Assembly (NCBI GenBank): GCA_018817585.1
Contig: JAHITE010000007.1
Span: 25,251 to 89,250, forward strand
Direction: 5' to 3'
Length of the DNA stretch: 64,000 nucleotides
DNA from: Candidatus Omnitrophota bacterium
GTDB taxonomy: Bacteria > Omnitrophota > Gorgyraeia > B26-G9
Shown here: positions 20,978 through 31,102 of the stretch, piece after piece
Numbering within the stretch: position 1 is the first letter of the stretch
Layout of the letters: each line of letters begins with the position of its first letter
Notes under the pieces: model-generated
What the model saw: the letters and a program-made list of their open reading frames with translations, nothing else
The model's database searches: none
Told to the model about the DNA's origin: nothing
Made by a program: the position numbers and the translations under genes

Positions 20978-22624
20978 ATGATTCAAGAGCTTATTTTTAG
21001 CGTGTTTGGTGGTTTAGGATTATTTATTTATGGCATACACCTCATGGGAGAGGGCCTGCAGAATGCTGCTGGTGACAGAATGCGCAGGCTGCTTAAAGCT
21101 TTAACCAGCAATACTTTAGCTGGAACAGTAGTGGGTGCGGGAATAACCGCGATTATTCAAAGCTCATCGGCAACAACGGTTATGGTAGTTGGTTTTGTTA
21201 ATGCTGGTTTAATGGGTCTAGAGCAAGCGATTGGAGTTATTTTCGGTGCTAATATCGGAACAACGATTACTGCTCAGATAATTGCGTTTAAATTAACAAA
21301 CTATGCTTTGCCAACTATTGCTATTGGCGCGTGCTTATATTTATTTGTCCATAAAAGATTTTGGAAATTTTTTGGTTTGTTTTTATTGGGATTCGGGATT
21401 TTGTTTTTAGGGTTAAAAACCATGACTTCGGTTATTAAGCCATTTTCCGATAATCCCGCGGTTATTTCTGCTTTTGTATCTTTTAGTAAAAATCCTGCTT
21501 TAGCAATTTTGACAGGCGCAGTGGTTACAGCGATATTTCAAAGTTCTAGCGTGACAACTGGTATGATTATAACATTGGCTTCTTTGGGTTTGTTTGATTT
21601 GCAGGGAGCAATTCCTTTGATATTTGGCTGTAATATCGGGACTTGTATAACAGCAATCCTTGCTTCAATTGGAACAACAATCTCCGCTAGGCGTGCGGCT
21701 CTTGCCCATGTTTTGTTTAATGTATTGGTTACTATTATTTTTTTACCAACTATAGGGTTTTATCATAAGATTATAGCTCTGACCTCAACTGATATTGCCC
21801 GGCAAGTTGCGAATGCTCACACCATATTTAATGTTATCGGTACTGTGATTTTTGTGCCGTTTGCTGCTGTTTTTGCGAGAGTTGTAAAAAAAGTTTTGCC
21901 TGGTAAAGATGTAATTGTCGACACTCAACCAAAATTTTTGGAAAAACATTTATTAGCTACGCCTATTGCTGCCTTTGAAGCAGCAATGAAAGAAACCATG
22001 AGAATGGCAGAACTTACTCGCGAGATGATTGATGACGCGATGAATGGTTTTTTTGAAAATGATATAAAACTGCTTGCATTTGTAAGTAAAAAAGAGTTAG
22101 CTGTAGATAGTTTACAGGAAGGAATTACTAATTATTTGATGGAAATAATGCAAAAAGAACTTTCACCTGCTATTGCTAATAAAATTCCTTCTCTACTTCA
22201 TAGCGTTAACGATATCGAAAGGGTTGGTGACCATTCGGAAAACCTTAAAGAGCTAGCGGAGCGAAAAATAGTTAATAATCTGCCTTTTTCTACAGATGCA
22301 TTAGCTGATATAAAATCAATGTTTAAATTAGTGGATGCAATGGCACAAGCTACTATAAAGTGTTTGGATACTGATGATATAAAAGATGCTGGGGTTGTTT
22401 TAGAAATGGAAGAAAAGGTAAACTCGATCACTCTCAAATTAAGAGAAAATCATATAAAACGTTTGTCTAAAGGTAAATGTAAAGTTTTGTCTGGAATTAT
22501 TTTTCTAGATATTGTTAGTAATTTTGAAAAGATCGCGGATCATTTTACTAATGTTGCTGAGGCAGTTGCGGGTAAGTTGCAATGGACGAATCCAGGGCCG
22601 TCTCTAAAACCGCAGAAAAAGTAA
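20978..22624 (+). CDS. Na+/Pi cotransporter family protein with PhoU-like C-terminus
   Basis: QSSSATT and QSSSVTT repeats, GANIGTT, IERVGDH and FEKIADH. Confidence 0.93.
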   Translation: MIQELIFSVFGGLGLFIYGIHLMGEGLQNAAGDRMRRLLKALTSNTLAGTVVGAGITAIIQSSSATTVMVVGFVNAGLMGLEQAIGVIFGANIGTTITAQIIAFKLTNYALPTIAIGACLYLFVHKRFWKFFGLFLLGFGILFLGLKTMTSVIKPFSDNPAVISAFVSFSKNPALAILTGAVVTAIFQSSSVTTGMIITLASLGLFDLQGAIPLIFGCNIGTCITAILASIGTTISARRAALAHVLFNVLVTIIFLPTIGFYHKIIALTSTDIARQVANAHTIFNVIGTVIFVPFAAVFARVVKKVLPGKDVIVDTQPKFLEKHLLATPIAAFEAAMKETMRMAELTREMIDDAMNGFFENDIKLLAFVSKKELAVDSLQEGITNYLMEIMQKELSPAIANKIPSLLHSVNDIERVGDHSENLKELAERKIVNNLPFSTDALADIKSMFKLVDAMAQATIKCLDTDDIKDAGVVLEMEEKVNSITLKLRENHIKRLSKGKCKVLSGIIFLDIVSNFEKIADHFTNVAEAVAGKLQWTNPGPSLKPQKK

Positions 22625-22672
22625 TTACTTTGACATTATTTAATTATAGAGTTTTTTGTCAAAACAAACAAA

Positions 22673-22700
22673 AAATAAATAAATAAATAAATAAATAAAT
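22673..22700. repeat. (AAAT)7 tetranucleotide repeat upstream of mgtE
   Basis: Seven perfect AAAT units, preceded by AAAC units. Confidence 0.85.
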
Positions 22701-22715
22701 ATTCACTTAATCTGA

Positions 22716-24125
22716 ATGAGACTTATGACTAAAAAAAATAAAAAAAACTCAATGAACGTGACTGCTCTTTTTGTCCCGGAATTAAGAGAGTTAATAAACG
22801 CAAAGAACTTTTCTGAGGTCAAGGAGATCATATCAAAAATTCCACCGATAGATATAGCTGAACGCTGGAATGACTTTTCCTCTAAAGAAAAAATGCTGAT
22901 ATTTAAACTTCTAAAGACACGTCTGGCTGTAGATGTTTTTGAGTCTTTGCAGTTTGAAGAACAATCATTTCTCTTAGATAATTTAGGTAATACTGAAGTT
23001 TCCCAAGTCCTTAATGAAATGTCCCCTGACGATAGAGCTAATCTTTTTAGAGATCTACCTCCTAAAGTGATCAAGAAATTCTTTAAACTCATGAAAAAAG
23101 AAGAGGTTGAAGATGTTAGAGAATTGATGACTTATGAAGAGGGTATTGCAGGGGCAATAATGACTACTGACTATATTGAGCTTCGAAAGGAAATTACTGC
23201 TAGAGCGGCTATTCTGAAGCTGCAGGATACATTAAGTTTTGATGATGATTCAGATATCAGTTCCATATATGTTACTGATGTTGAACATAAACTTCTAGGG
23301 GTTGTTGAATTGCAGGATTTGATTAAAGCTCCGCCGGATATGTTGATTAAAGATATTATGGAAAGTACGGATTTTATTAAAATAAATGAATATTCTCCTG
23401 ATGACGAAGTAGCGCAGCTTTTTAAACGATATGATTTGATCGACGCTCCGGTAGTGGATGAAAATGAAGAATTGATCGGGGTAATTACGATTGATGATAT
23501 CGTTGATGTTATGGAAAAAGAAGCAAATAAAGCGATTTATGAAGTCGGTAAAATGACTCCCGGTGAAGGGGAAATTATTAGTTATGCCACAGCGACTGTT
23601 AAAGAACTGATAAGTCGTCGGGCAGGATGGCTGATGTTTTTGCTTGTGTTTGATTTCTTGACCGGGACTGTTCTGAAAACATTTCAAGATACATTAAGCA
23701 GTGTTGTTGCTCTAGTCTTTTTTATTCCGATGATTTTGGATACAGGGGGAAATGCCGGGGCTCAGAGTTCCATCACAGTAATTAGGGGGTTGGCTACAGG
23801 CGATGTGTCGTTTGATAATGTAAAACGTGTCATAAAACTGGAACTTATGACAGCGTTATTAATGGGGCTTATAGTAGGAATTGTGGCTTTTGTCCGGGCT
23901 ATTCTTCTCCAGGGAGAGGTTATTATTGGTTTAGTTGTGGGGGTCACGATGTTTCTCGTAGTTTTACTGGCTATTTGCACGGGGGTTTCATTGCCCTTTA
24001 TATCAAAAAAAATGGGTTTAGACCCTGCAGTTTTGGCAGGCCCGATTACAACCAGTGTGGTTGATATCATAGGATTAATTATATATTTTAAAGTTGCTCA
24101 AGCATTCCTGCCCATATTAAAATAA
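22716..24125 (+). CDS. mgtE: Magnesium transporter MgtE
   Basis: MSPDDRA, CBS pair, GGNAGAQ, DPA...GP.TT...D. Confidence 0.95.
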   Translation: MRLMTKKNKKNSMNVTALFVPELRELINAKNFSEVKEIISKIPPIDIAERWNDFSSKEKMLIFKLLKTRLAVDVFESLQFEEQSFLLDNLGNTEVSQVLNEMSPDDRANLFRDLPPKVIKKFFKLMKKEEVEDVRELMTYEEGIAGAIMTTDYIELRKEITARAAILKLQDTLSFDDDSDISSIYVTDVEHKLLGVVELQDLIKAPPDMLIKDIMESTDFIKINEYSPDDEVAQLFKRYDLIDAPVVDENEELIGVITIDDIVDVMEKEANKAIYEVGKMTPGEGEIISYATATVKELISRRAGWLMFLLVFDFLTGTVLKTFQDTLSSVVALVFFIPMILDTGGNAGAQSSITVIRGLATGDVSFDNVKRVIKLELMTALLMGLIVGIVAFVRAILLQGEVIIGLVVGVTMFLVVLLAICTGVSLPFISKKMGLDPAVLAGPITTSVVDIIGLIIYFKVAQAFLPILK

Positions 24126-24194
24126 TCATTTAAAGACAATAGGAAACATTTTTAAAAATAAACCGCTAATTTGCTAATTTAATAGAGGTATGCT

Positions 24195-24926
24195 ATGAAT
24201 CTTTATGGGAAAAACCAAGTTGCAGAACGTTTAAAATCAAATCCAAATAGTATTAAAAAAATATTTTTCAATCAAAAATGTGACTTATCTGCAATGAAAA
24301 TCATAGCTAATGAAAAAAAAATACCGTATATATTTTTGCAGGATAAAGATTTTCTGATTATGGCAAAAGACGCGAATACCCAAGGAGTTATTGCTCAGGT
24401 TGTTGAATTTTGTTATGAAGATTTAGATGATATTTTAAAACAAAGTAAGCCTGATAAGTATGTTTTGATTGCTTTAAGTAATATTACAGATCCCCAAAAC
24501 CTCGGATCAATTCTGAGGACTGTGGCATGTTTTGGTAATTTTGCTTTGATTATTCCTAAGCATAGAACTGCAAGCATTAATGAAACTGTTTTGCGAGTTG
24601 CCTGTGGAGGTGAAAATTATGTTCCAATAGTTCAGGTAACCAACCTTATATCGGCAATTCAATCAGCTAAAGATGCTGGATATTGGGTGGCTGGTAGTGT
24701 TCTTGAGGATGGAGAAGATATGACTAATTTTAAATTTCCCTTTCCTCTGTGTTTAGTCATTGGGGCTGAAGATAAGGGGATAAGACAGGGATTGCTCAAT
24801 CATTTAGATTATAAACTTACCTTGCCTATGCCAGGGAAAGAGCTTTCTTTAAATGCTGCTGTTGCTACAGCAGTTTTTTGTTATGAGATAATGAAGCAAA
24901 GATTAAGAGCAAGTGATGTTAAGTAA
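24195..24926 (+). CDS. rlmB: 23S rRNA 2'-O-methyltransferase (TrmH/SpoU, RlmB-like)
   Basis: DPQNLGSILRT, GAEDKG, PMPG...SLNAAVA. Confidence 0.85.
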   Translation: MNLYGKNQVAERLKSNPNSIKKIFFNQKCDLSAMKIIANEKKIPYIFLQDKDFLIMAKDANTQGVIAQVVEFCYEDLDDILKQSKPDKYVLIALSNITDPQNLGSILRTVACFGNFALIIPKHRTASINETVLRVACGGENYVPIVQVTNLISAIQSAKDAGYWVAGSVLEDGEDMTNFKFPFPLCLVIGAEDKGIRQGLLNHLDYKLTLPMPGKELSLNAAVATAVFCYEIMKQRLRASDVK

Positions 24927-24993
24927 ATATATTATTATTGCTTTTTTATGCTATAATGATTAAAATTAGATTATGGAGTTCATATAAAACTTT

Positions 24994-25389
24994 ATGATTA
25001 AAACTAGTCTGAAAAAAATTAGTACTGAGGTTGTTTTTGGATATCTTTTTTTTATTATTACAGTTTCTGCATTTGCTAATGGGGCTGATATTGAAAAAAA
25101 TCCTCCAACTCCTCAATCTTATGTTTCATCATCCTGGCAGGTTACGATGAATAAGCCAGAGGAAAAAAATGATAAATATCCTGAAAAGAGAAAAATAACT
25201 CCAGAAACACTAAGGGTAGCGCTGGATGAATATTATGTGCCTCAGATTTCAGAATTATTAAGCAAGGGAGTAGATTGTTTTGAGTGGGTTAACCATTTGG
25301 ATGACCCATACCTTAATCGTTATAAACTTGATTTAAGAGTTGATCCAGACGATGATAGAGTTAATTTATTCTGGAAAAGACAGTTTTAG
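24994..25389 (+). CDS. Exported hypothetical protein
   Basis: Signal-like N-terminus ending AFA; C-terminus VNLFWKRQF. Confidence 0.6.
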   Translation: MIKTSLKKISTEVVFGYLFFIITVSAFANGADIEKNPPTPQSYVSSSWQVTMNKPEEKNDKYPEKRKITPETLRVALDEYYVPQISELLSKGVDCFEWVNHLDDPYLNRYKLDLRVDPDDDRVNLFWKRQF

Positions 25390-25439
25390 AATAAATTTTT
25401 TAAGCTTGTTGTAAACTTGTTGTAACTATTTCTATTTTC

Positions 25440-25468
25440 TTGACGTTAGTTTTAAATAATGCTATACT
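25440..25468 (+). promoter_or_regulatory. Putative sigma70 promoter giving a long 5' leader
   Basis: TTGACG-N17-TATACT with extended -10 TG. Confidence 0.55.
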
Positions 25469-25644
25469 TTACATAACTTTTTTGTATAATATTGTAAATT
25501 AATTTAAGCTTAATATTACTAATTTTGGTAGAATTAGCTAGAAATACTGAAACGCAATCAGAGATTTAATGCCGTAATCACCTAAAATCTCTATAATGTA
25601 TAGATACACTAGGTTAGAGATTGTAGACTCATCAGGGAGGGAAA

Positions 25645-26022
25645 ATGATGAAAAAAATTCTTGGGTATTGTTTTGTGCTCTCATTATGTTTAAGTATATT
25701 TAATTGCTCATCTGTATTGGCTGAAGATGCGGTAATTACATTGCCTTCAGTTGGAATGGGGTCTAAAGCTCAGAATGTTTTTGGGGTCGTTGGAAATGTG
25801 GAATATACTGAATTAAAGGCTCGTGGAGAATCATCGATTGTAATTAAGGATAAAAAGGGTGAATCTGTTGAAGTTTCACTTCAACAGATAGAACCTGGAG
25901 CAATAATTTTAGCAACTTATCGTAAGGAAAAGGATAAGAAGGGTAAAGAAAAAAATGTCCTTATTTCTTTAAGTATAGTAAAACCTGCACAAAAAATAAA
26001 AACAGCTGATCGAAAAAAATAG
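25645..26022 (+). CDS. Secreted basic hypothetical protein
   Basis: GGGAGGG RBS, signal peptide ending VLA. Confidence 0.7.
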   Translation: MMKKILGYCFVLSLCLSIFNCSSVLAEDAVITLPSVGMGSKAQNVFGVVGNVEYTELKARGESSIVIKDKKGESVEVSLQQIEPGAIILATYRKEKDKKGKEKNVLISLSIVKPAQKIKTADRKK

Positions 26023-26050
26023 TATATTTTAATACTAAATTAAAGCACTT

Positions 26051-26085
26051 AAGTGTAGAGAATTATATATTTTCTCTACACTTTT
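26051..26085 (+). terminator. Intrinsic terminator
   Basis: aagtgtagagaa / ttctctacactt followed by T's. Confidence 0.6.
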
Positions 26086-26105
26086 AATATTGATATGGTT
26101 TTCTT

Positions 26106-26184
26106 CGGGGCATGGCTCAGCTTGGCTTAGAGCGCTTGGTTTGGGACCAAGAAGTCGGTGGTTCGAATCCACCTGCCCCGACCA
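26106..26184 (+). tRNA. tRNA-Pro(TGG)
   Basis: cggggca/tgccccg acceptor stem, anticodon loop ttTGGga, GTTCGAATC, encoded CCA. Confidence 0.97.
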
Positions 26185-26268
26185 AAAAATAATTGTAGAG
26201 TTTGGGGATAAGGACTTTAAAGGATTTGCTTTTAGCTTACCATTTTGCTGTCCTTAGTTCCTAAAAAT

Positions 26269-26345
<77 letters not shown>

Positions 26346-26409
26346 ATTTAACAGGATGAGAGTCCCCGCGCTCTATAATTGAGTTTTTGGATTAAGATTA
26401 ATGGCGTAT

Positions 26410-26487
26410 GGTGGATGTAGCTCAGTTGGTTAGAGCTCATGATTGTGGTTCATGAGGCCGGGGGTTCGAGTCCCCTCATCCACCCCA
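26410..26487 (+). tRNA. tRNA-His(GTG)
   Basis: G-1, gtggatg/catccac stem, loop ttGTGgt, C73 discriminator, CCA. Confidence 0.97.
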
Positions 26488-26617
26488 TTTAACTATGGGT
26501 TTTATATTTATGCTTTGGGTTGTAAGGTGTGGTTGAGGATTAGTAATATATACTTGACTCAACAAATATAATCTTGCTAAAATGATTTAAATATAACAAT
26601 CAGAAAGATAGGTTAAA

Positions 26618-27697
26618 ATGTTAAAAAAATTAAGCCCCCTTATGCTCGGAGATCTAAAAGTTGATGTACCGATCGTGCAAGGTGGAATGGGAGTTGCCGT
26701 ATCAACAGCTTCTTTAGCAAGTGCAGTGGCCAACTATGGCGGGGCAGGAACAATAGCTAGTGTTGGGTTGGGATATAATTCAGCAGAAAACGAAACCAAT
26801 TTTATTAAAGCTTCTCGTGAAGGACTGGAAAAAGAAATTCGCCAATCAAAACAATTAACTACAGGGGTTGTGGGAGTTAATATACTTGTCGCTGTTACTA
26901 ATTATGAGGACTTGGCAAGAACAGCTGCTAAGGAAAAAGCTGATTTTATAGTTTCCGGCGCAGGTTTGCCGATTAAACTACCCGAGTTTGTTGAAGGAAC
27001 ATCTATTAAAATTATTCCGATTATTTCTTCACCTAGAGCAGCAGCATTAATTATTAAAACCTGGAAAAAAAGATATAATCGTCTGCCTGATGCTATTGTT
27101 GTCGAAGGGCCTATGGCTGGTGGACATCTTGGTTTTAGTTTCGAGGAACTGATAGCGCCTAAAGAGCAGGTATTAGAAACAATGGTTATTGAAGTTTTAA
27201 AAATTGTAGCTGAATTTGAAAAAGAATATAAGCAGAAGATTCCAGTTATTGCTGCTGGGGGGATATATACCGGGCAGGATGCGGCTCGTTTTTTTAAGTT
27301 AGGAGTGAGCGCGATACAAATGGCTACTCGTTTTGTCGCAACAAAAGAATGCTCAGTTTCTGATGAATTTAAAAAATTATATATTGAATCGACCGAGGAT
27401 GATATTGAAATCATTAAAAGTCCTGTTGGTATGCCTGGAAGATCGCTGAAGACCGCATTAATCAAAAAAGTAGTTGGCGGAAAAAAAGAATTGGTTAAAT
27501 GCGGGTATAGATGTTTAAAAACTTGTGACCCTTCATCAGTGCCTTACTGTATAGCCAAAGCCCTATTTAACGCGGTTATTGGAAAAATTGATGATGCCGT
27601 TGTGTTTGCCGGCAGCAATGTTTATAGAATTAAAAAAATAATTACAGTTAAAGAACTTATGGATGAGATTGTAAATGATGCGCTTGCCGTCCTTTGA
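26618..27697 (+). CDS. Nitronate monooxygenase / FabK-like flavin oxidoreductase
   Basis: PIVQGGMG, SGAGLP, EGPMAGGHLG, AAGGI, QMATRF, SPVGMPGR. Confidence 0.88.
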   Translation: MLKKLSPLMLGDLKVDVPIVQGGMGVAVSTASLASAVANYGGAGTIASVGLGYNSAENETNFIKASREGLEKEIRQSKQLTTGVVGVNILVAVTNYEDLARTAAKEKADFIVSGAGLPIKLPEFVEGTSIKIIPIISSPRAAALIIKTWKKRYNRLPDAIVVEGPMAGGHLGFSFEELIAPKEQVLETMVIEVLKIVAEFEKEYKQKIPVIAAGGIYTGQDAARFFKLGVSAIQMATRFVATKECSVSDEFKKLYIESTEDDIEIIKSPVGMPGRSLKTALIKKVVGGKKELVKCGYRCLKTCDPSSVPYCIAKALFNAVIGKIDDAVVFAGSNVYRIKKIITVKELMDEIVNDALAVL

Positions 27698-27736
27698 TTT
27701 AAAATTTTAAATATAAAATTAAAGGGATTCCTCTCC

Positions 27737-27770
27737 AGTCTTCTCTGTAGTCTTCTCTGTAGTCTTCTCT
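27737..27770. repeat. 12-bp tandem repeat (agtcttctctgt) x ~3
   Basis: Units at 27737-48, 27749-60, partial 27761-70. Confidence 0.8.
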
Positions 27771-27859
27771 TGTAAATTAGAAAATTTATGCTATACTTAA
27801 TCAGTTTAAGTAGCATTTGCTCTGCGATCTTTTGATCTATGAAAAAAGGAAGGTAACTG

Positions 27860-28243
27860 ATGGTAGATGAGAGAAGAAAACATATGCGTTTTAATACCGA
27901 TATTAGTGGCGAATTTCAGGTCCGTAATAGTGATATACAAGGAGTTTTAAGTACTGATAATTTTAGCAGAGGCGGATTTAAAGCTACTATAAACAAAAAA
28001 GTAGATTTAGGACAAATAATTGAATGTGAAATGATATTTCCAGAGACAATTATGCCGTTTTTTTCAGCAGGAAAAGTTGTTTGGGTAAAAGAAAATAATG
28101 CTAGTACTCAGCATAAATATGATATAGGTATTCATTTAGATCAAATTGATCCTGTTGAAAAGCAATGCCTTATAGATCATTGCTATAAAAAATGGAATGA
28201 TTCAAGACAGGATAATAAGACAGAATTTGAATTGGATTTATAA
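27860..28243 (+). CDS. PilZ domain protein
   Basis: ERRKHMR (RxxxR) and NFSRGG (D/NxSxxG), GKVVW. Confidence 0.88.
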   Translation: MVDERRKHMRFNTDISGEFQVRNSDIQGVLSTDNFSRGGFKATINKKVDLGQIIECEMIFPETIMPFFSAGKVVWVKENNASTQHKYDIGIHLDQIDPVEKQCLIDHCYKKWNDSRQDNKTEFELDL

Positions 28244-28637
28244 TTTTCACTTAATTGATTTAGAAGAATTTGTTTTATTCTAACCGCTTTCCCTCTCCAC
28301 TGTTTTATGCAAAATTAAATTCTGGAAATAAATAATGGTTTTAATATCAAAGAAGTACGGCCTATGGCGTATACCCTAACTACTGTACCATTTTCAGTGG
28401 CGTATTTTTCAACTTTTTCAGAATTTATAATCTTGTGATAATATAATAAGTTTTTAAATTTGTAATGCAAAATAGTATGTTTTTGTTTTTGAAAAGTGAA
28501 GTTGTTTTTTTGAAGAAGATGGTATAATATGAAAGAATAATATATGTAATAAATATACGTATTTGGTCGAATAGCGATATATCAGGTGATTTTATATTTA
28601 ATTTGGAGAGTTTTTTATTTTACAAGGAGGGGGTAAA

Positions 28638-31067
28638 GTGAATCGTTATTTATGTGTGCATGGACATTTCTATCAGCCACCCAGAGAAAATCCTTGGTTA
28701 GAGGAAATAGAAATTCAGGATTCAGCTTATCCTTATCATGATTGGAATGAGAGAATAACAATTGAATGCTATGCGCCTAATGGGGCTTCAAGAATCTTAG
28801 CTAAGGAAGATAAAATCCTTAATATTGTTAATAATTACGCAAAGATAAGCTTTAATTTTGGGCCTACGCTTCTTTCTTGGATGGAAAAAAAGAGACCTGA
28901 GAATTACCAAGCTATTTTATCTGCAGATACACAGAGTAAAGAAAGCTTTGGCGGTCATGGAGCAGCAATTGCTCAGGTATATAATCATATGATAATGCCG
29001 CTAGCCAACAGCCGTGATAAACTTACCCAAATATTATGGGGAATAAAAGATTTTGTTCACAGATTTGATCGTTTTCCTGAAGGCATGTGGTTAGCTGAAA
29101 CAGCAGTTGATTTTGAAACCCTTGATATTATAGCCCAACAAGGAATTAAATTCACAATACTTTCTCCTTATCAGGCGCGTAGTTTTAGAAAAATAGGAAC
29201 AGAGCATTGGCAGGATGCTAGCGAAGGCAAAATTGACCCTAAAAAGGTTTACCTGTGCAAGCTTCAGACAGGGAGAGAAATTAGTATTTTCTTTTACGAT
29301 GGTCCGGTTTCTCAAGAGGTTGCTTTTGGAGATTTATTAAAAAGCGGCGTGAAATTTGCAAACAGATTAATTGGAACATTTTCCTCAGACAGCGATGCTC
29401 CGCAGCTTGTGCATATTGCTACTGATGGGGAGACCTATGGGCACCATCATAATTATGGAGAAATGGCCTTAGCTTATGGTTATTCTCATATAATTGATAA
29501 TAACTTAGCAAAGATAACTATATACGGGCAGTACTTAGAAAAATTCCCTCCTGAATACGAAGTTCAAATTATTGAAGACTCGTCCTGGAGCTGTTTTCAT
29601 GGTGTTCAAAGATGGTATGCTGATTGCGGATGTAATGTAAACACAAACTCATCCTGGAATCAGAAGTGGCGGACCCCTTTGCGCCAGGCAATGGATTGGC
29701 TGCGGGATAAGCTGGTAAAAATATATGAAAAGGAAATGTCCAAATATACATCCGATTGCTGGAAAGTGCGCAATGAATACATATCCGTATTGCTTAATCG
29801 TTCCCCTGAAAACATCTTAGGTTTTATTGTAAATAATTTCAATAAAGATTTATCTGAGGAAGAAAAAAACAATTTATTAAAAATGCTGGAAATGCAGCGT
29901 CATGCAATGCTTATGTACACCAGCTGCGGCTGGTTCTTTGATGATCTTTCCGGAATAGAAACTATCCAGGTAATCCAGTACGCTTGTCGGGCGATTCAAC
30001 TAGCAAAAGAAGTCAGCGGTCTTGATTTAGAACAAGGATATCTGGAAATATTAAAAGAAGCAAAGAGCAATATAGCTGAATATGAAGACGGAGCAAAAAT
30101 ATACAATAAAATAATCAAGCCCACTTGTCTTGATTTAAAAAGAGTCGCTGCTCACTACGCGGTTTCTTCGATTTTTCATGACTATGCGGGTGTTGACAAT
30201 GTGTATTCATATACAGTTAACAGTATTAGTATTGAACACGAAAAGATGACTGTCGGAAAACAGCAGATGGTTATGGGTACAGTAAAAACTATTTCCCGCA
30301 TAACCTTGGAGCAGGGCGAATTCAGCTATGCCATATTACATTTAGGAGATCACATTATTTTTGGCGGAGTTGCTGAAGCATTAAACATGAATATTTTTTC
30401 AGAGATGCGTAATGATATAAGCCAGGCTTTTGAAAAAAGCGATGTTCCCGAAATAATTACATTGCTTGATCAATATTTCGGAACTCATGACTGCTCAATA
30501 GCAAACTTGTTTAAAGATGACCAGAGACAGGTTTTGAATAAAATACTGGATAAGGCGCTTAACGAAATAGAAATATCATTTAGACATGTAAAAGAAAATC
30601 ATTATCCGATTCTGCTGGCAATAAAAGAAAATGGCATGCCTATGCCAACTGTTTTCTTAAACACATTTGAATTTATTTTTAATACAGATATTAGAAAAAT
30701 TTTAGAAGCTGAACATATAGAAATAAAAAACCTTATTGAAACAGTAAAACAAGCAAAGCGCTGGTGTCTTAAGATCGATAAACAGACAATTGGGTTTATA
30801 GCCAGTAAGCGGATAACCAAATTGATGGAAGAATTTAAGGTGAATCCTGGGGACTTTATGCAGATGAAAACTATTGAAAATATTTTCAAGGTTCTAAGGC
30901 CTCTAGATCTGCCCTTGCGCATATGGGAAGCTCAAAATATATATTTTTTCATAAGAAAAGAACAGTTTGACAGAATGAACGCAAAATCAAAACAAGACGA
31001 TAAAGAAGCAAAAAGATGGTGTGTGAATTTCAATGCTTTAGGAAATATGCTTTCAATTAGAGGTTAA
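28638..31067 (+). CDS. Glycoside hydrolase family 57 with DUF3536
   Basis: HGHFYQPPRENPW, WLAETA, ATDGETYGHH, SSWSC.HG, MYTSCGWFFDD. Confidence 0.92.
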   Translation: MNRYLCVHGHFYQPPRENPWLEEIEIQDSAYPYHDWNERITIECYAPNGASRILAKEDKILNIVNNYAKISFNFGPTLLSWMEKKRPENYQAILSADTQSKESFGGHGAAIAQVYNHMIMPLANSRDKLTQILWGIKDFVHRFDRFPEGMWLAETAVDFETLDIIAQQGIKFTILSPYQARSFRKIGTEHWQDASEGKIDPKKVYLCKLQTGREISIFFYDGPVSQEVAFGDLLKSGVKFANRLIGTFSSDSDAPQLVHIATDGETYGHHHNYGEMALAYGYSHIIDNNLAKITIYGQYLEKFPPEYEVQIIEDSSWSCFHGVQRWYADCGCNVNTNSSWNQKWRTPLRQAMDWLRDKLVKIYEKEMSKYTSDCWKVRNEYISVLLNRSPENILGFIVNNFNKDLSEEEKNNLLKMLEMQRHAMLMYTSCGWFFDDLSGIETIQVIQYACRAIQLAKEVSGLDLEQGYLEILKEAKSNIAEYEDGAKIYNKIIKPTCLDLKRVAAHYAVSSIFHDYAGVDNVYSYTVNSISIEHEKMTVGKQQMVMGTVKTISRITLEQGEFSYAILHLGDHIIFGGVAEALNMNIFSEMRNDISQAFEKSDVPEIITLLDQYFGTHDCSIANLFKDDQRQVLNKILDKALNEIEISFRHVKENHYPILLAIKENGMPMPTVFLNTFEFIFNTDIRKILEAEHIEIKNLIETVKQAKRWCLKIDKQTIGFIASKRITKLMEEFKVNPGDFMQMKTIENIFKVLRPLDLPLRIWEAQNIYFFIRKEQFDRMNAKSKQDDKEAKRWCVNFNALGNMLSIRG

Positions 31068-31102
31068 ATAATATTTCAATAACTAAAATTTCAGGGGGAG
31101 TA

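Noticed and set aside
24126-24194. aaaccgc...gctaat resembling a fluoride riboswitch
   Set aside because: Lacks the 5' GAUGG segment and the GAUGAC pseudoknot strand
25545-25640. CUGAUGA on the minus strand (hammerhead core) and GAAAnnnUGAA on the plus strand (c-di-GMP-II-like)
   Set aside because: No stem II followed by GAAA for a hammerhead, and no GUGCAACC-type 3' segment for c-di-GMP-II
27622-27816. Minus-strand ORF with RRLQ repeats
   Set aside because: By-product of the 12-bp repeat; no RBS, overlaps a real gene and promoter
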